Origin: Selaginella moellendorffii
Lineage: Eukaryota; Plantae; Lycopodiophyta
Assembly (NCBI RefSeq): GCF_000143415.4
Contig: NW_003314273.1
Span: forward strand, 1,126,074 to 1,190,073
Length of the DNA stretch: 64,000 bases
Reading direction: 5' to 3'
Shown here: in pieces, positions 21,401-33,018 of the stretch
Position numbering within the stretch: position 1 is the stretch's first letter
Layout: the number at the start of each line of letters is the position of its first letter
Made by a program: the position numbers and the translations under genes
Notes under the pieces: generated by a model
The model's input: the letters and a program-made list of their open reading frames with translations, nothing else
Databases searched by the model: none
Told to the model about the DNA's origin: nothing

Positions 21401-24400
21401 ACGGAAGAAGTACCTTTAGTGATCCAGCAGGTGTTGGACCAATTCCAGGATACCATGCCGGAGGAGTTACCGGCGGGGTTGCCCCCCACACGACCGATAG
21501 AACATAAGATTGAGCTGGTCGAGGGTGCTGAGGCGGTGGTTCGTCCCCCCTATTGTTTGAACGAAAAAGAACTCAAGGAGCTCAAGTGCCAACTAGAGGA
21601 GTTGGTGGACAAAGGGTATGTTAGGTTGAGCAAGTCGCCGTATGGGGTGCCGGTGCTATTTGTGAAAAAGAAAAATGGATCTATGCGCATGTGCATAGAC
21701 TACCGGTTGCTCAACAAGTATACAAAGAAGAACAAGTACCCTTTGCCAAGGATTGAGGATCTGTTCGATAGGTTGGGAAAGGCAAAATACTTCTCGAGGA
21801 TTGACCTAAGGTCAGGATACTACCAGATCAGGGTAGCTGAGGAAGATGTCAAGAAGACAACCTGTCGAACGAGGTATGGGAGCTTTGAGTTTCTGGTGAT
21901 GCCCTTTGGGCTGTGCAATGCGCCGGCAAAGTTTTCGGCGTTGATGAACCACATCTTTGTACCCTATCTGGATAACTTCGTGGTCGTCTATATCGACAAC
22001 ATCCTGATCTATAGCGAGACGCTAGAGGAGCATGCCGAACACTTGGCGAAGGTGTTTGAGAAACTAAGGGAACACAAACTGTATGCTAAAGAGAGCAAAT
22101 GTGACTTTGCTCAACAAGAGGTAAAGTTTCTCGGGCATGTGGTGGGCCAAGACGGGCTCAAGATGGACCCGGAGAAGGTCCAAGTGATCCAGGAATGGGA
22201 GCGAGCATCGAATGTACATGAGTTGAGGGCGTTCTTGGGGCTATGCAACTACTACTGAAAGTTTATCAGACACTATTCGAGAGTAGCCCTGCCCTTAACG
22301 AACCAAACAGGAAAAGGGAAGATGGTATGGACAGCGGAATGCGAGGCGGCATTCGTCCACCTCAAAGGGAAATTGAGGAAGGCTCAAGTGTTGGCATTAC
22401 CAGACTTTGGTAAGGACTTCGAGGTAGAAACGGATGCTTCAGACTTTGCGTTGGGCGCAGTTTTGAAGCAAGACAACCATCCAGTAGTGTTCTTCTCGAA
22501 GAAGTTGGACAAGGCTCAACGGAAGTGGCCTGCCCACGAGAAGGAATTGTTTGCGGTGGTCAAGGCGCTCAAGGAGTGGCGACACTACCTTGGGAGACAC
22601 TTGAAGGTTTACACGGACAATGTGGCAACGAAACACTTCTTGTCACAGCCCGACCTGAGAGGGAAACAAGGTCGGTGGGCCAATGCCTTGGCCGAGTTTG
22701 ATTGCGAGATTCTGTACAAGCCTGGGAAGAGCAACATCGTGGCGGATGCGCTAAGTCGAAAAGCGAGCTTGAGGTTGGCAATATCCAGCGCAACAGCAAC
22801 CTTCTAGGACGATGTGCGGACAGCATCTGAGAACGATGGTCGAGCACAAGAAGTGTTGTTGAGGAATCTAGAGGCACGGGAAGCTCACCAGAGAGGTGAG
22901 CTGCCAACGGAAGAGAAAACGGGCTATGCGGAATGCAACGGACTCATCTATTACAAGCAAACGAGGGTGTATGTTCCAGAAGGGGAACTAAGGAAGGTAG
23001 CCTTAGAAGAGTGTCATGACGGACCTCTTGCGAGACACGGCGGAGTGCCCAAGATGATGGGCTTACTCAAGAGGAAGTACCATTGGCCAGATATGGCTAA
23101 GGACGTCCAAGACTATGTAAAGACATGTCCAACATGTCAGCAGGTCAAAGCCGTGACTAAGGCTAGTGGGGGCTTGTTGCAAAGCATCCCAATTCCAGAT
23201 CGTCCGTGGAAATGTCTTACGATAGACTTCATTACGGGACTTCCCCCAAGCGAGGGGTTTGATGCGGTATTCGTGGTGGTGGACCGATTTTCGAAAATGG
23301 CACATTTCATACCCACCACAACGGAAGTGGATGCGGAAGGTGTGACGAAGCTGTTCTTCGAACAAGTGGTTCGAGTGCGGGGAAGGCCGGAAGAGATCAT
23401 CTTAGATCGAGATAAGATCTTCACTAGTAGGTTCTGGAGGACTCTCCTAGAACAGTATCGCACCAAGTTGAAATTCAGCACAGCCTATCACCCATAGACA
23501 GGTATGGGGTATTAAGTCAAGTTTGGTGGCACTAACATTTCTTGACAGACGGACAAATGGAAAGGGTGAATAGGCAGCTGGAGGATTATTTGCGATGCTA
23601 TGTCTCGGGAGACCAGACCGATTGGGTAAGTCATTTGGGACTTGCGGAAATGTGTTATAACAACTCAGCACATTCGAGTATCGGGGTGAGTCCATGGGAA
23701 GTCATCAATGGGCGAGCTATTGAAGGTCCTGTGGAACTCGGCGTGGCCGAGTATCATGGAGAGCTACCCGTAGTGGAGGCATTCACGGCAGAAAGACTCA
23801 ACATTTGGAATCTAGTGAGGGATTCCTTGGAACGGGCTCAACAAAGGCAAACGAAGTACGCGAACCTAAAGCGCCGGGATGTAGAGTTCCAAGCTGAGGA
23901 GAAGGTGTGGCTGAACACCAAGAACCTCAGGCTACCAAGTGGGATCAGCCGGAAGTTGACCCAAAGGTAAAAATGCATGTATTCCTATAAATGAATTGAT
24001 CTTGAGTTCCTTAAGCAGGTTCGCGGGGCCTTACGAGATTGAGGCACGAATCGGTAAAGTGGCTTACCGACTCCGACTTCCTCGAGAAATGGGGAAGATG
24101 CACCCAGTGTTCCACGTGAACTTGCTCAAGCCGTACTTTGAGGATCCGCTTCGCAAGGACCAAGTAAGACCTTTACCTGAGGTTATCCAAGGGGAAGAGG
24201 AATACGAAGTCGAGGCCATCCTCAATGCGCGCAAGAGCAAGCGACAAGGACGCGAGGTGAGAGAGTTCCATGTGAAGTGGAAAGGATTCTGATCTGAGTC
24301 GACTCTCCGCTGAAAGAAACTTCCCCAAGTCCAAAGAAGCTCACGACCTTCTCCTTGCGGAGCAGCACCATCCTCCACACTGCGAAGCAACATGGGAACC

Positions 24401-25988
24401 GGAGGAGAACCTGGCGAACGCGCGAGATCTAGTGGAGGAATTTCTGCAAGGCAGAACTCTATATACTTATGCAAAGTTCAATTAAAAATATCAATTTGCA
24501 AAGTTGAGCAAGTGGCATATGTTGGGACCCGAAGGCACGCCGAAGGTGAGCTAATTAGCATAGGTTAGCTAGGTCGACCAGGCATAGGGAACTACGCCCG
24601 ACTCCCTGCAGGGATGTCGAATTCGTAGACGTATTCTACAGAGGTTGGGTTCGAGTCCCAACCCCCTAGTAAAGCAAGGCTGGGTTCAAGTCCCGACCCC
24701 ATACTAGGGCATGGTGAGGTGCGGAGTATAGGGACACCTATATTCCGTTGTCATGGGCTCTCGGCCGGGGAGGCTAACTTAGGCACACCGCTAAGTGGGG
24801 GGATGCCCCCGGAGACATGGTCAACAAGTCGTAGGATCAAAAAGAGAGATGTTCGATGTGGGCATCGAACTTCTTCTATGGGTGGTGGAGTTGTAAGGAA
24901 CCAACTCGCCGAGGTGTCGTAGGCTAAAGGAACCCCGAAAGCTTGACCAAAATGACAAAGAGTTCATTGGATGGGACCGAGTTCGAGATAGAGTCCGGAA
25001 TCGAGTCCGAGGCCGACTCGGGGACCGAGTTCGAGACCGAGTCCGAGATCCGAAATCGGGTCCGAGACCGAGTCCGAGGTTGAGTCCGAGGTCGGGTCTA
25101 AGATTGGGTCCGAGATCGAGTCTGAGATCGAGTCCGAGACCGAATCCGAAGTCGGATCCGACATCGAGTCTGAGATCGAGCCAGAGACTAAGTCCAAATA
25201 CTAATACGGGTCAAGGGGTGAAAGCCCAAAGCGTGCATCTCCCAAGGGGGGGGGGGGGGGGGGGGCCCCCTGGGGTTCCCAAAATTTAAAAGGGGATTGG
25301 GGGGCCCGGGACCCCTTTTTAAGGGGCCCCCCCGGGGGGGTTTTCAACCGCCTTGAGGTTGAAACTGGGACCGAGGGGCCTTGGGTGGGAGTGAGCATGG
25401 ACTTGGTTGGTGCCGAAGGGGCCATCCAAAGAAGTGCTCAAGAGCAGCTCCCACTCCCGAAAGGGAAACCGATTGCGGTGCTCCTGGCTCATGTGGAGTG
25501 GTGCCCACTTAAGTACCCTGCGGCTCATTGGTCCTCGCCCTTCCTAGGGGCTTGGGCCTTCCTTCGGGATGGAAGTGGGGGGGTAGAGGTACCCATACCA
25601 AGCCGTTAGGCCACGGTGTTTTGCCCCAGCGTCCCGAAGCAAGTGTTGCACTCAAGACTTGGGATTTAGAGGGTCCCATGATCAAGTCTTGTGGTACCAA
25701 GGGATGTTAGGAACCTGGAGGCTTGGTGTGCTTGGCTACTTGTGCTTGCGGGGAGTGTAGCCAAACCTTAAGTCCAGTCTAACCCGGGGAGGGGGATTGG
25801 GAGTGATTTGGGAATCCGTGGATGGATGGCTAACACTCCGTTGCTCGTGCAGTGAGTAGCTGAAACCAAGTAGGAACTGGTACCATAGGCGAGAACCTTG
25901 GCAAGGGAACTTAGCAAAAGCCAAGGCAATGTTGGACGGATAGACGAGGTAAACTGGCAAATTAGAAAGGAAAAATTTATGGCTTACA
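18466..25988 (+). mobile_element. Full-length Ty3/Gypsy chromovirus (family B)
   Basis: LTRs 18466-19568 and 24892-25988 (TGTAAG...CTTACA). PBS TGGTATCGGAGC at 19572, PPT at 24880-24890. Domain order gag-PR-RT-RH-INT-chromodomain. Flanks GATTT/GGTGT do not form a TSD. Confidence 0.93.
19628..24470 (+). pseudogene. gag-pol polyprotein of element B, single frame with nonsense mutations and two introns
   Basis: [14 protein letters not shown] knuckle, ILIDTGAS protease, VVYIDNI (mutated YIDD) RT, ETDASD RNase H, HHCC and DFITGLP integrase, GPY motif, YEVEAIL..VKWKGF..TWEPEENL chromodomain. Stops at 19796, 20297, 20408, 22256, 22805 and 23495. Confidence 0.92.
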
Positions 25989-26590
25989 GGTGTGAACTTG
26001 CAAGGAAGTGTAATGAATTGTAAGTAATCAAAAGGAACGACTTGAAAGACGATTTATAGGGGTTCAAATATAGAGGGAAAGGGGCCATGAATAAGAGTGC
26101 ACCCGTTTTTCTAATTGGTTAAGGGTCTTGGGATATTTGGGGTTAAGTGTCCTTGGGTTTGAATAGTACTAAATTGGGTGACCTTCTGGGAAGTCCAAAT
26201 TCAGGAGCTTACATTTGGTATTGGAGTGGTCTCAAGTCTGACTCTATTAGTTGGCTTAAGGGAATCACACCACATATTGATTGACATCTAGCAAGTCCAA
26301 ATTTCTCCAGTTGGGCTTGACCCGAGGGTAGGGTGTCAAGAGAGCAAGGCTCTTAGGAGAGTTGCGGATGTCAACTTCCATTCACAAGGGTGTGAACTTG
26401 CAGGGAAGTGTGGTCAATTGTAAACAACTAAAAGGAACAACTCGAAAGATGATCCATAGGAGTTCAAATATAGAAGGAAAGGGCCCATGAATAAGTGTGC
26501 ACCCCCTTTTCCAATCGGTTAAGGGTCTTGAAATATTTGGGGTTAAGCGTCCTTGAGTTTGAATAATACTGGGTTGGGTGACTTCCACAA
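25989..26590 (+). mobile_element. Tandem Cassandra-type TRIM with 5S rRNA-like core in 195-bp LTRs
   Basis: LTR 26019-26213, PBS at 26216, ~200-bp non-coding internal region, second truncated LTR from 26419. LTR core GTTAAGCGTCCTTG...TACTGGGTTGGGTGACCT.CTGGGAAGTCC matches the plant 5S A-box to C-box region. Confidence 0.85.
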
Positions 26591-26599
26591 AGACCAACA

Positions 26600-29500
26600 T
26601 ATGACACATAAAAGTGTCAAGATGGAATCTAAGATGGACCTGAGATGGAGTCCGAGATAAAGTTTGAGATGGACCCAAGATGGAATCCAAGTCCAAGTCT
26701 GAGTCCAAGTCCAAAAACTAATTTAGGCTGTTGGGTGAAAACCTAAAGCGATTGTCCCCCCAGGAAAGGCTAGTGTGTAACTTGGTGAAGTGTTCAAAAG
26801 TTGGTTCTAGCTCCTGTTGGGGGAAGGAGGGGCGCCTCCCCCAACGCTCGCTCAAACATGAGAAATGCTTCAATGCTCTTCACAAAATACCCCCCCTTTT
26901 TTTGGGGGAAGGAGGGGCACCTCCCCCAGCAAATGGTGAACCCGACATAATGCGCGGCACTTTTTGGGCGTCATTTCTCTCTTTTTCTTTTAGCCGCAGA
27001 ACTTAGGAAGGAATTCCTTGTTTGTCTTGCGGTGGTTTTGTTTGATCCTGGGCGTGTTGGATAGGTTTAGAGCTCCTCTTTCCAGCAAGGTATGGCACTC
27101 ATCAAGCCGTGCAGTATTTGAAGAGATACAATGTTTCTTAGCTCAGTTTGAGGAACGGTTTGGGGTTTTCACTTTCTCGCCTAGATCCTCGGCCCAATTT
27201 CTCAAAGTAGTGCATTTGGGCTTGTAGATCTGGCCTAGATCTATGAGTAGGGGTGATTCTTGGTGCTAGATTTGGCCAAATTGGCGACATGCAAAAGGAT
27301 TTTCTTCTCTGGCTAAATTGGATCATCTTTGTAGCATGAATTCGTGCTCCTCCAGGCTTTGTTTTGGATGCTGTTTGTTTTTAGAGGTGCTCCTGGTCCT
27401 AGGCTTTCCAAAAATACCAACAGCGCCTTAGTATCAATCTACATTAGTGACATGCATATATTTTTCCACAATATTGGCGTTCCAAGCTACCTCTTCTTGG
27501 ATTTTAGGGAATATTGAGGTGGCTTCTTCCCAAATTCTTGTGATAGAAGGTAAATGGCGCTGAGCTCTTTCCAACGAGCCTACCAATAGTCAAAATGGGG
27601 AAGGATTAAGACCAAAGGTCTTATTTTTCTCTTTTAGGCTAAACTTTGTTAGGAGTTCCTTGGGAACGAAGCAATCTTCAAGGAATAGTTGGCATAGGAA
27701 CAGGAACAAGAAGAACAAGAACAGGAATTAACGTAGGAACAGAGACAGTAGGAGCAGGCGCTGGATAGGAGTTGGTGTTGGAGTAGACGTAGGGGTAGGA
27801 GAGAGAGCAGGGGTTACTGGTTACAAGTTATAGGTCTCTGGTTATTAGTTACTGGTTATTGGTTACCAGCTACTCCAGTAGCTGCTCCAATGGCTACTTC
27901 AGCGGCTACTCCAGTGGCTACTCCAGCGGCTACTCCAGCGGCTACTCCAATGGCTATTCCAGCAGCTACCTTACGAGTTAATGGTTACATGTGCTTGAGG
28001 CCTACATCTCCTTCCATTTCCACCATTATTTCTCTTCATCACAGGCATTTTGGGCAACTTTGTGCAACTTGAGCACTAGCCTATAGTCTTCTTGCCCCTG
28101 TCAACCCAGTTGCCTTGACCGGTCATTTGTAGTATTCAAGGTATTTGATGCCGGTACAAACTAGACATATGACAAACTGGCACCCTTTTACCATACCTCG
28201 AGGCCCTAAGGTACAAAGTAAACTTTCTAACATCCAAAGGCAGCTTAGGTACGACACTAGACCTTCTCGGGCCGAGTTCTCTTCATCCTCAGTAAATTCC
28301 AGTAACTTAGATCTATGAGCTATGGCGCAACCACCTTTAGCTCAACCTCAGCTCCATGTTCTATAGAAGGGGAGTGATCTGCCAACCTTCTCAGGTGTTG
28401 GAACAGTCTCTCCAACATCACATATCAGTCGCTTTGACTACTACTGCACCACAAATATGATCGTCGATGATGATTGTATGTGCCGTGATTTCTTGCAGTC
28501 TCTTGAAGGCAAAGCAGCAACCTGGGTAGATTCTCTCCTCCTAGAGGACCGGACAGACTTCCAGACACTACTTGCTTCTTTTAGAGAACGCTTTGTTGAG
28601 GAAAAATCCACAAATTGGCTACTTGTCGACCTCTTTTCGTTCTGGCAGGGTGCTCACGAGTCTGTTCCTGACTACATCACACGGTTTTGAGCTTATTGGA
28701 AGCAGTGTTGGGATCACAGAGTAGTCCAAGATGAGCAACAGAGGATCACGGCATTCACAGCAGGTCTGCGTGGGAACTTGCAGTGGAAACTTCTTAAAAA
28801 GACATTCAGGTCTTGCCGTGAGGCATTTTCATTTGCCACAAAGCTAGAAAGAGAGCTTCTTGTCAACTTGGGGATTGCTAGAGTTGATTTCAACCAAGCC
28901 ATCACCCCATCAAAGTCACCTTGTGTAGTTGTTCGTCCGTCCACAACAAAGCCCATCGCTATTGAGCATACACCTCCAGCTATTGAGAACATTGCCAACA
29001 AGATGCAGCAGCCGAAGGAGATCATTTTTCAATAACAATCACACCATGACAAACTGCTCCAGGAGCTGGTGCAGTCCAGGAAAGAGGCTGCTACAGCTCG
29101 GGAACGTAGATTCAAATCTCGTTGGTGCACTCACTACGTGACGAACACACACAACACACAGTGTTGCTTCAAGCTTCACCCAGAGCTTCGGTCTCCATCT
29201 TCTCAACGTGTCCAACAACATCCCTTCACTAATAATTCCACATCGTCTCGGGGTCTAGAGACATATCAGGAGCAGTTGGAGTGACAAGCAATTGAGGCAG
29301 CCCCTTCGGCAAGCAAAGGCAAGGCACCAGCCTCATCGGTCAACACGATTTTTGTAGTTGAGGAACTCTATAGGCAACAGCAGCAAACCACAGCCACTCG
29401 AGACCAAGCAAAGAAGAAGGCAGCCGCTCAGCCTGGCGTCGATCCCCCGGTGTCAGTTGAGAGTGAATCTTTGTCAGCACCAAATCTAGTGACACAAAGG

Positions 29501-32500
29501 GTGGCTTGTAAGCTCCCCTTCAAGTCACTGCTCTCTTCTCCTCCTGAGATCTCACCAATAGCTATTCCTGTTTTGGAGCCAGTTCTTCAACAGTGTGAGA
29601 CACAAAATACCTAGGCCCCAAAGTGGAGCCGGAAAGGGTGCCACGTGGTAGTGGCTGAAGCGAGAGCCAAACGAGCGTAACACGTTTGGACCAAAAGCTC
29701 CGACTTGAAAAGTCAAGAGCGGGAGTGGAACTCCCAACGAAGTGCTCGAGGAACGAGCACGAAGCGAGCAAAAAGCGAGGCTCCAAAAAGGGACACAAAA
29801 GGACCAACACATGACACGTGGAAGTGTCCGAGATGGACTCGAGTTGGAGTCCGAAGTGGAGTCCGAGATGGACTCGAGTTGGAGTCCGAAGTGGAGTCCG
29901 AGATGGACCCGAGTTGGAGTCCGAAGTGGAGTCCGAGATGGACTCAAGTTGGAGTCCGAAGTGGAGTCCGAAGTGGAGTCCGAGATGGACCCGAGATGGA
30001 GTCCGAGATGGAGTCCGAGATGGAGTCCGAGGTGGACCCAAGATGGACCTGAAGTGGAGTCCAAGATGGAGTCCGAGATGGACCCGAGATGGACCCGAAA
30101 TGGAGTCCGAGATGGAGTCCGAGATGGAGTCCGAGGTGGACCCGAGATGGACCCGAAATGGAGTCCGAGATGGACCCGAGATGGAGTCCGAGATGGAGTC
30201 CGAGCCCGAGTCCGAGTTCGAGTCCGAGTCCGAGTCCGAGTCCGAGTTCGAGTCTAAGAGGGTGAAAGCCCAAAGCGTTCGTCTCCCAGACCCTGGGGGG
30301 TTTGGTGAGCTCCAAAAGTATAGTAGGGGGGGGGACTGCAGTGGAGCCAGTTTGGCCCAGGAAGGCCAGACCCAGTGTTGGGTGATGAGCTGCCCACTGG
30401 GAAGTCCAAGACTAGAGTGAACACAGACCGACAAGCGGGGTAGCTTGGTGAAGTGTTCAAGAGCCGGCTCTAGTTCCCCTGGGAGATCGACTGGCCGATG
30501 CTCCCAGTCCAAATGTGGGTGGCACTACCTACTTGGATACTTGGTGTGGCTCAACGGAACCCGCTCTAAACCCATGGCTAGAGCACCCAAGGGCAGAAGG
30601 CGAGGAGAGTACCCAGGTGGCTCGCGTAAGGCCACGGTGTTCCGAAATGTTGTCCCAAAGGCCCAGACTGTGGAAAGGAAGAGGAGCAGTCCTCTGGGGT
30701 AGTGACCAAGGACACAGTCGTGTGGTGAGGAAGTCCCAGAGGACCGTGGGACTTAGTGGTCGGGCCTGTGGGTCTCGATCCAGTGGCAGTGTTGGCAAAC
30801 ACGGCCAAGGGCAGAAAGGGACTTAGTGGGGACTGACAGAGGGATATTGGGGAAGGCTATTCCCCTTGTCGGTGGGCATCCTAAGGATGCTAAGGAGTGG
30901 ATCTGAGATGACCACTCACGGATGGTTTGCCTAGTCTTGGAGAGCCAAGACTGTGATGCAAGTGGTATTAGACTACCAGTGTGGCAAAGGTGATTGGGCG
31001 TGGCCTTAGCGTAACGGGCTGCCATGTCGGTGGTACCTTTGAGTGTCGGTCATGGGATCGGACACGTGGAGCACTTGGACCAAGTGCAAATGTTGAGTGG
31101 CATGGATGCCATTCTTGGGGCTAGCAAGTCCCAAGTCCTGGATTGGACTTATGGAGGTTGTGAATGAGACTCCTCCAAGTGGTCGGAGGTGTGGTTAAGT
31201 GACTAAAGTAGAATGGAAAATTTAGTCGCTTACAAACAGCTGGTTGACACTCCCGTCACCTTTTCGCTCCGAGACATGTTGTGTCTTGTCCCGGGATTCA
31301 GCCAGCGTTTAGAGGAGTTTGCACGGTCAGGAACACCAGTGAGCACTCTCAAGAGGACTTCTCAAGAGGTGCACATTGTCGACATGACAAGATATGGTGG
31401 AGATCCTAGTCCATTCTTTGTCCTGGTGCAGATTAGTACTTCCTCTTGTAGGATGGATGCTTTGGTTGACTCCGGTCCTGGAAGCAACATTATCTCTCTC
31501 AAAGCTGCCCTTTCGGCATAGCTACAAATCATTGAGAACTCCTCCATCGTGCTCAAGACCTTCGCCAACCATATTGTTCCTCCAATAGGAATTTGCTGTG
31601 GTGTCAAGGTCTCTGTGTAGGGTGTTATTTCTGAGGTGGATTTCTTCGTGGTTGACTACCAACGTCTTGGAATGTCCCCTTTGAAGGACTCTATCATCCT
31701 TGCCTGCTCATGGCAAGTCACACATTGCACCATTGACAGCACACAAGGCAAGATGGAAATTAGTGATGGAACCCATAGCGCCACCTTCCTCAATAACCAC
31801 GGCAGAGCTCTTTCTCAGCAAGCCCAGTAGGCTTAGACTAAGATGGCCTCCACACCATACTTTCCTCCTGAGCTCACAGAGGTTTTTCTTGACTTGGCGG
31901 TGGAGTCGACCATCTACACGATAGATGCTTTCTCATGCAATGTGATCAACATTGTTGGAGCCACTCCAGGCCAGTTTCATCTTTCATAGGACACAGCCAA
32001 ACTCAATCCTCCTCAACAACTATTTGAGGTGTCACACAGCCAGCATCTTCCTACTAAAATCATGCTAGCTGATGACTCCAAGTGTATTTTGTCATGCCAT
32101 TTCTTGGAGACGGAGGATGACATCCAAACACACAATTGGCAGAAAGAATCAAGCCAATCGGACGTGTTGCATGAGAGTTATAGCTCTTTGAGTTCAGAAT
32201 TTCCTACCATGGAGCCCCCGGTATTCCAACCACCAGAACGATTTTGTCCCTTTCTTGCTGGAGCCCGTATCCATTCCCATGTCTATTTTACTGTGCTAAC
32301 TTTTCTTTTACAGTGATCGGTTCACAGTCCTCGTACTTTATCTTGGATTGTGACCATCCAAGAGTTCCAGCCAACTCTTCACATGCGGCGGAAGTGTGTG
32401 ATGTATCTTCTCCAGCAGCTGCAGGTCAAGCACATGAAGAGCAACAGCTATTACCCTGAGTGCAATGGCCAAGCAGAGTCCAGCAACAAGATATTGAAGA

Positions 32501-33018
32501 CAGTCATCTCAAAGCTTGTGGAAGATCACCCAAGGCATTGGCATAAACACTTAGTTACGGTGTTGTGGGCCTTTCAGACGTCCTTCAAGACATCCATCTC
32601 TGCGACCCCATTCTCCCTTGTCTATGGGACAGAAGCCATACTTCCAGTGGAGATCCAGGTGCCATCACTCTCACTTTCACTTCGATACGAAGCAGCAATG
32701 CAGCTTAGCGATGAGGACAAGCTTCATGCACGTGACTTGGAGGTTCTTGCCTTGGAGGAACAATGATGATCCACAACTGAACATCTCCTTCGAGGCAAGC
32801 CAAAGATCAAGTTAGTCATCGATCACCAGTGGTCTACCGAACCATTCGAGGATGGCGATCTCGTTCTACTCAAAGAGTTTACGCCACTTTCAAAGTTCTC
32901 CCCTCGCTGGACCAGCCCCTACTTTGTCCAGCGACACATCGGAGGAGGAGCATATGTGCTAGTTGATGCTAATGAACATGAGCTCTCACATGCTCACAAC
33001 CACTCTCATTTCAAACGC
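26600..33018 (+). mobile_element. Decayed Gypsy element (family E): leader, gag, protease and integrase 3' half; no RT/RH seen
   Basis: Retrotrans_gag-like FLQSLEGKAATW...FWQGAHESVPDYITRF (28457-28690). DALVDSG protease near 31456. YYPECNGQAESSNK..TPFSLVYG integrase (32390-33018). 12-bp CCAGCGGCTACT tandem repeat at 27865-27970. Confidence 0.75.
29594..31234 (+). mobile_element. Solo LTR (family A), 1641 bp, with TSD AACAG
   Basis: TGTGAG...CTTACA ends. AACAG at 29589-29593 and 31235-31239. Internal GATGGAGTCCGA/GAGTCC tandem array at 29825-30255. Confidence 0.92.

Noticed and set aside
25245-25360. Locally hyper-diverged stretch of the element-B 3' LTR
   Set aside because: The differences are homopolymer smearing right after a long G run, typical of read-quality loss rather than biology.
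26142-26196. 5S rRNA gene
   Set aside because: Only the internal promoter segment is present, embedded in a TRIM LTR.
29552-30512. SDSISD/LGLHLG/WSPRW repeat ORFs (also at 16.0-16.7, 18.5, 25.0, 52.6-53.2 and 55.0 kb)
   Set aside because: Translations of stop-free 6/12-bp tandem arrays inside LTRs.
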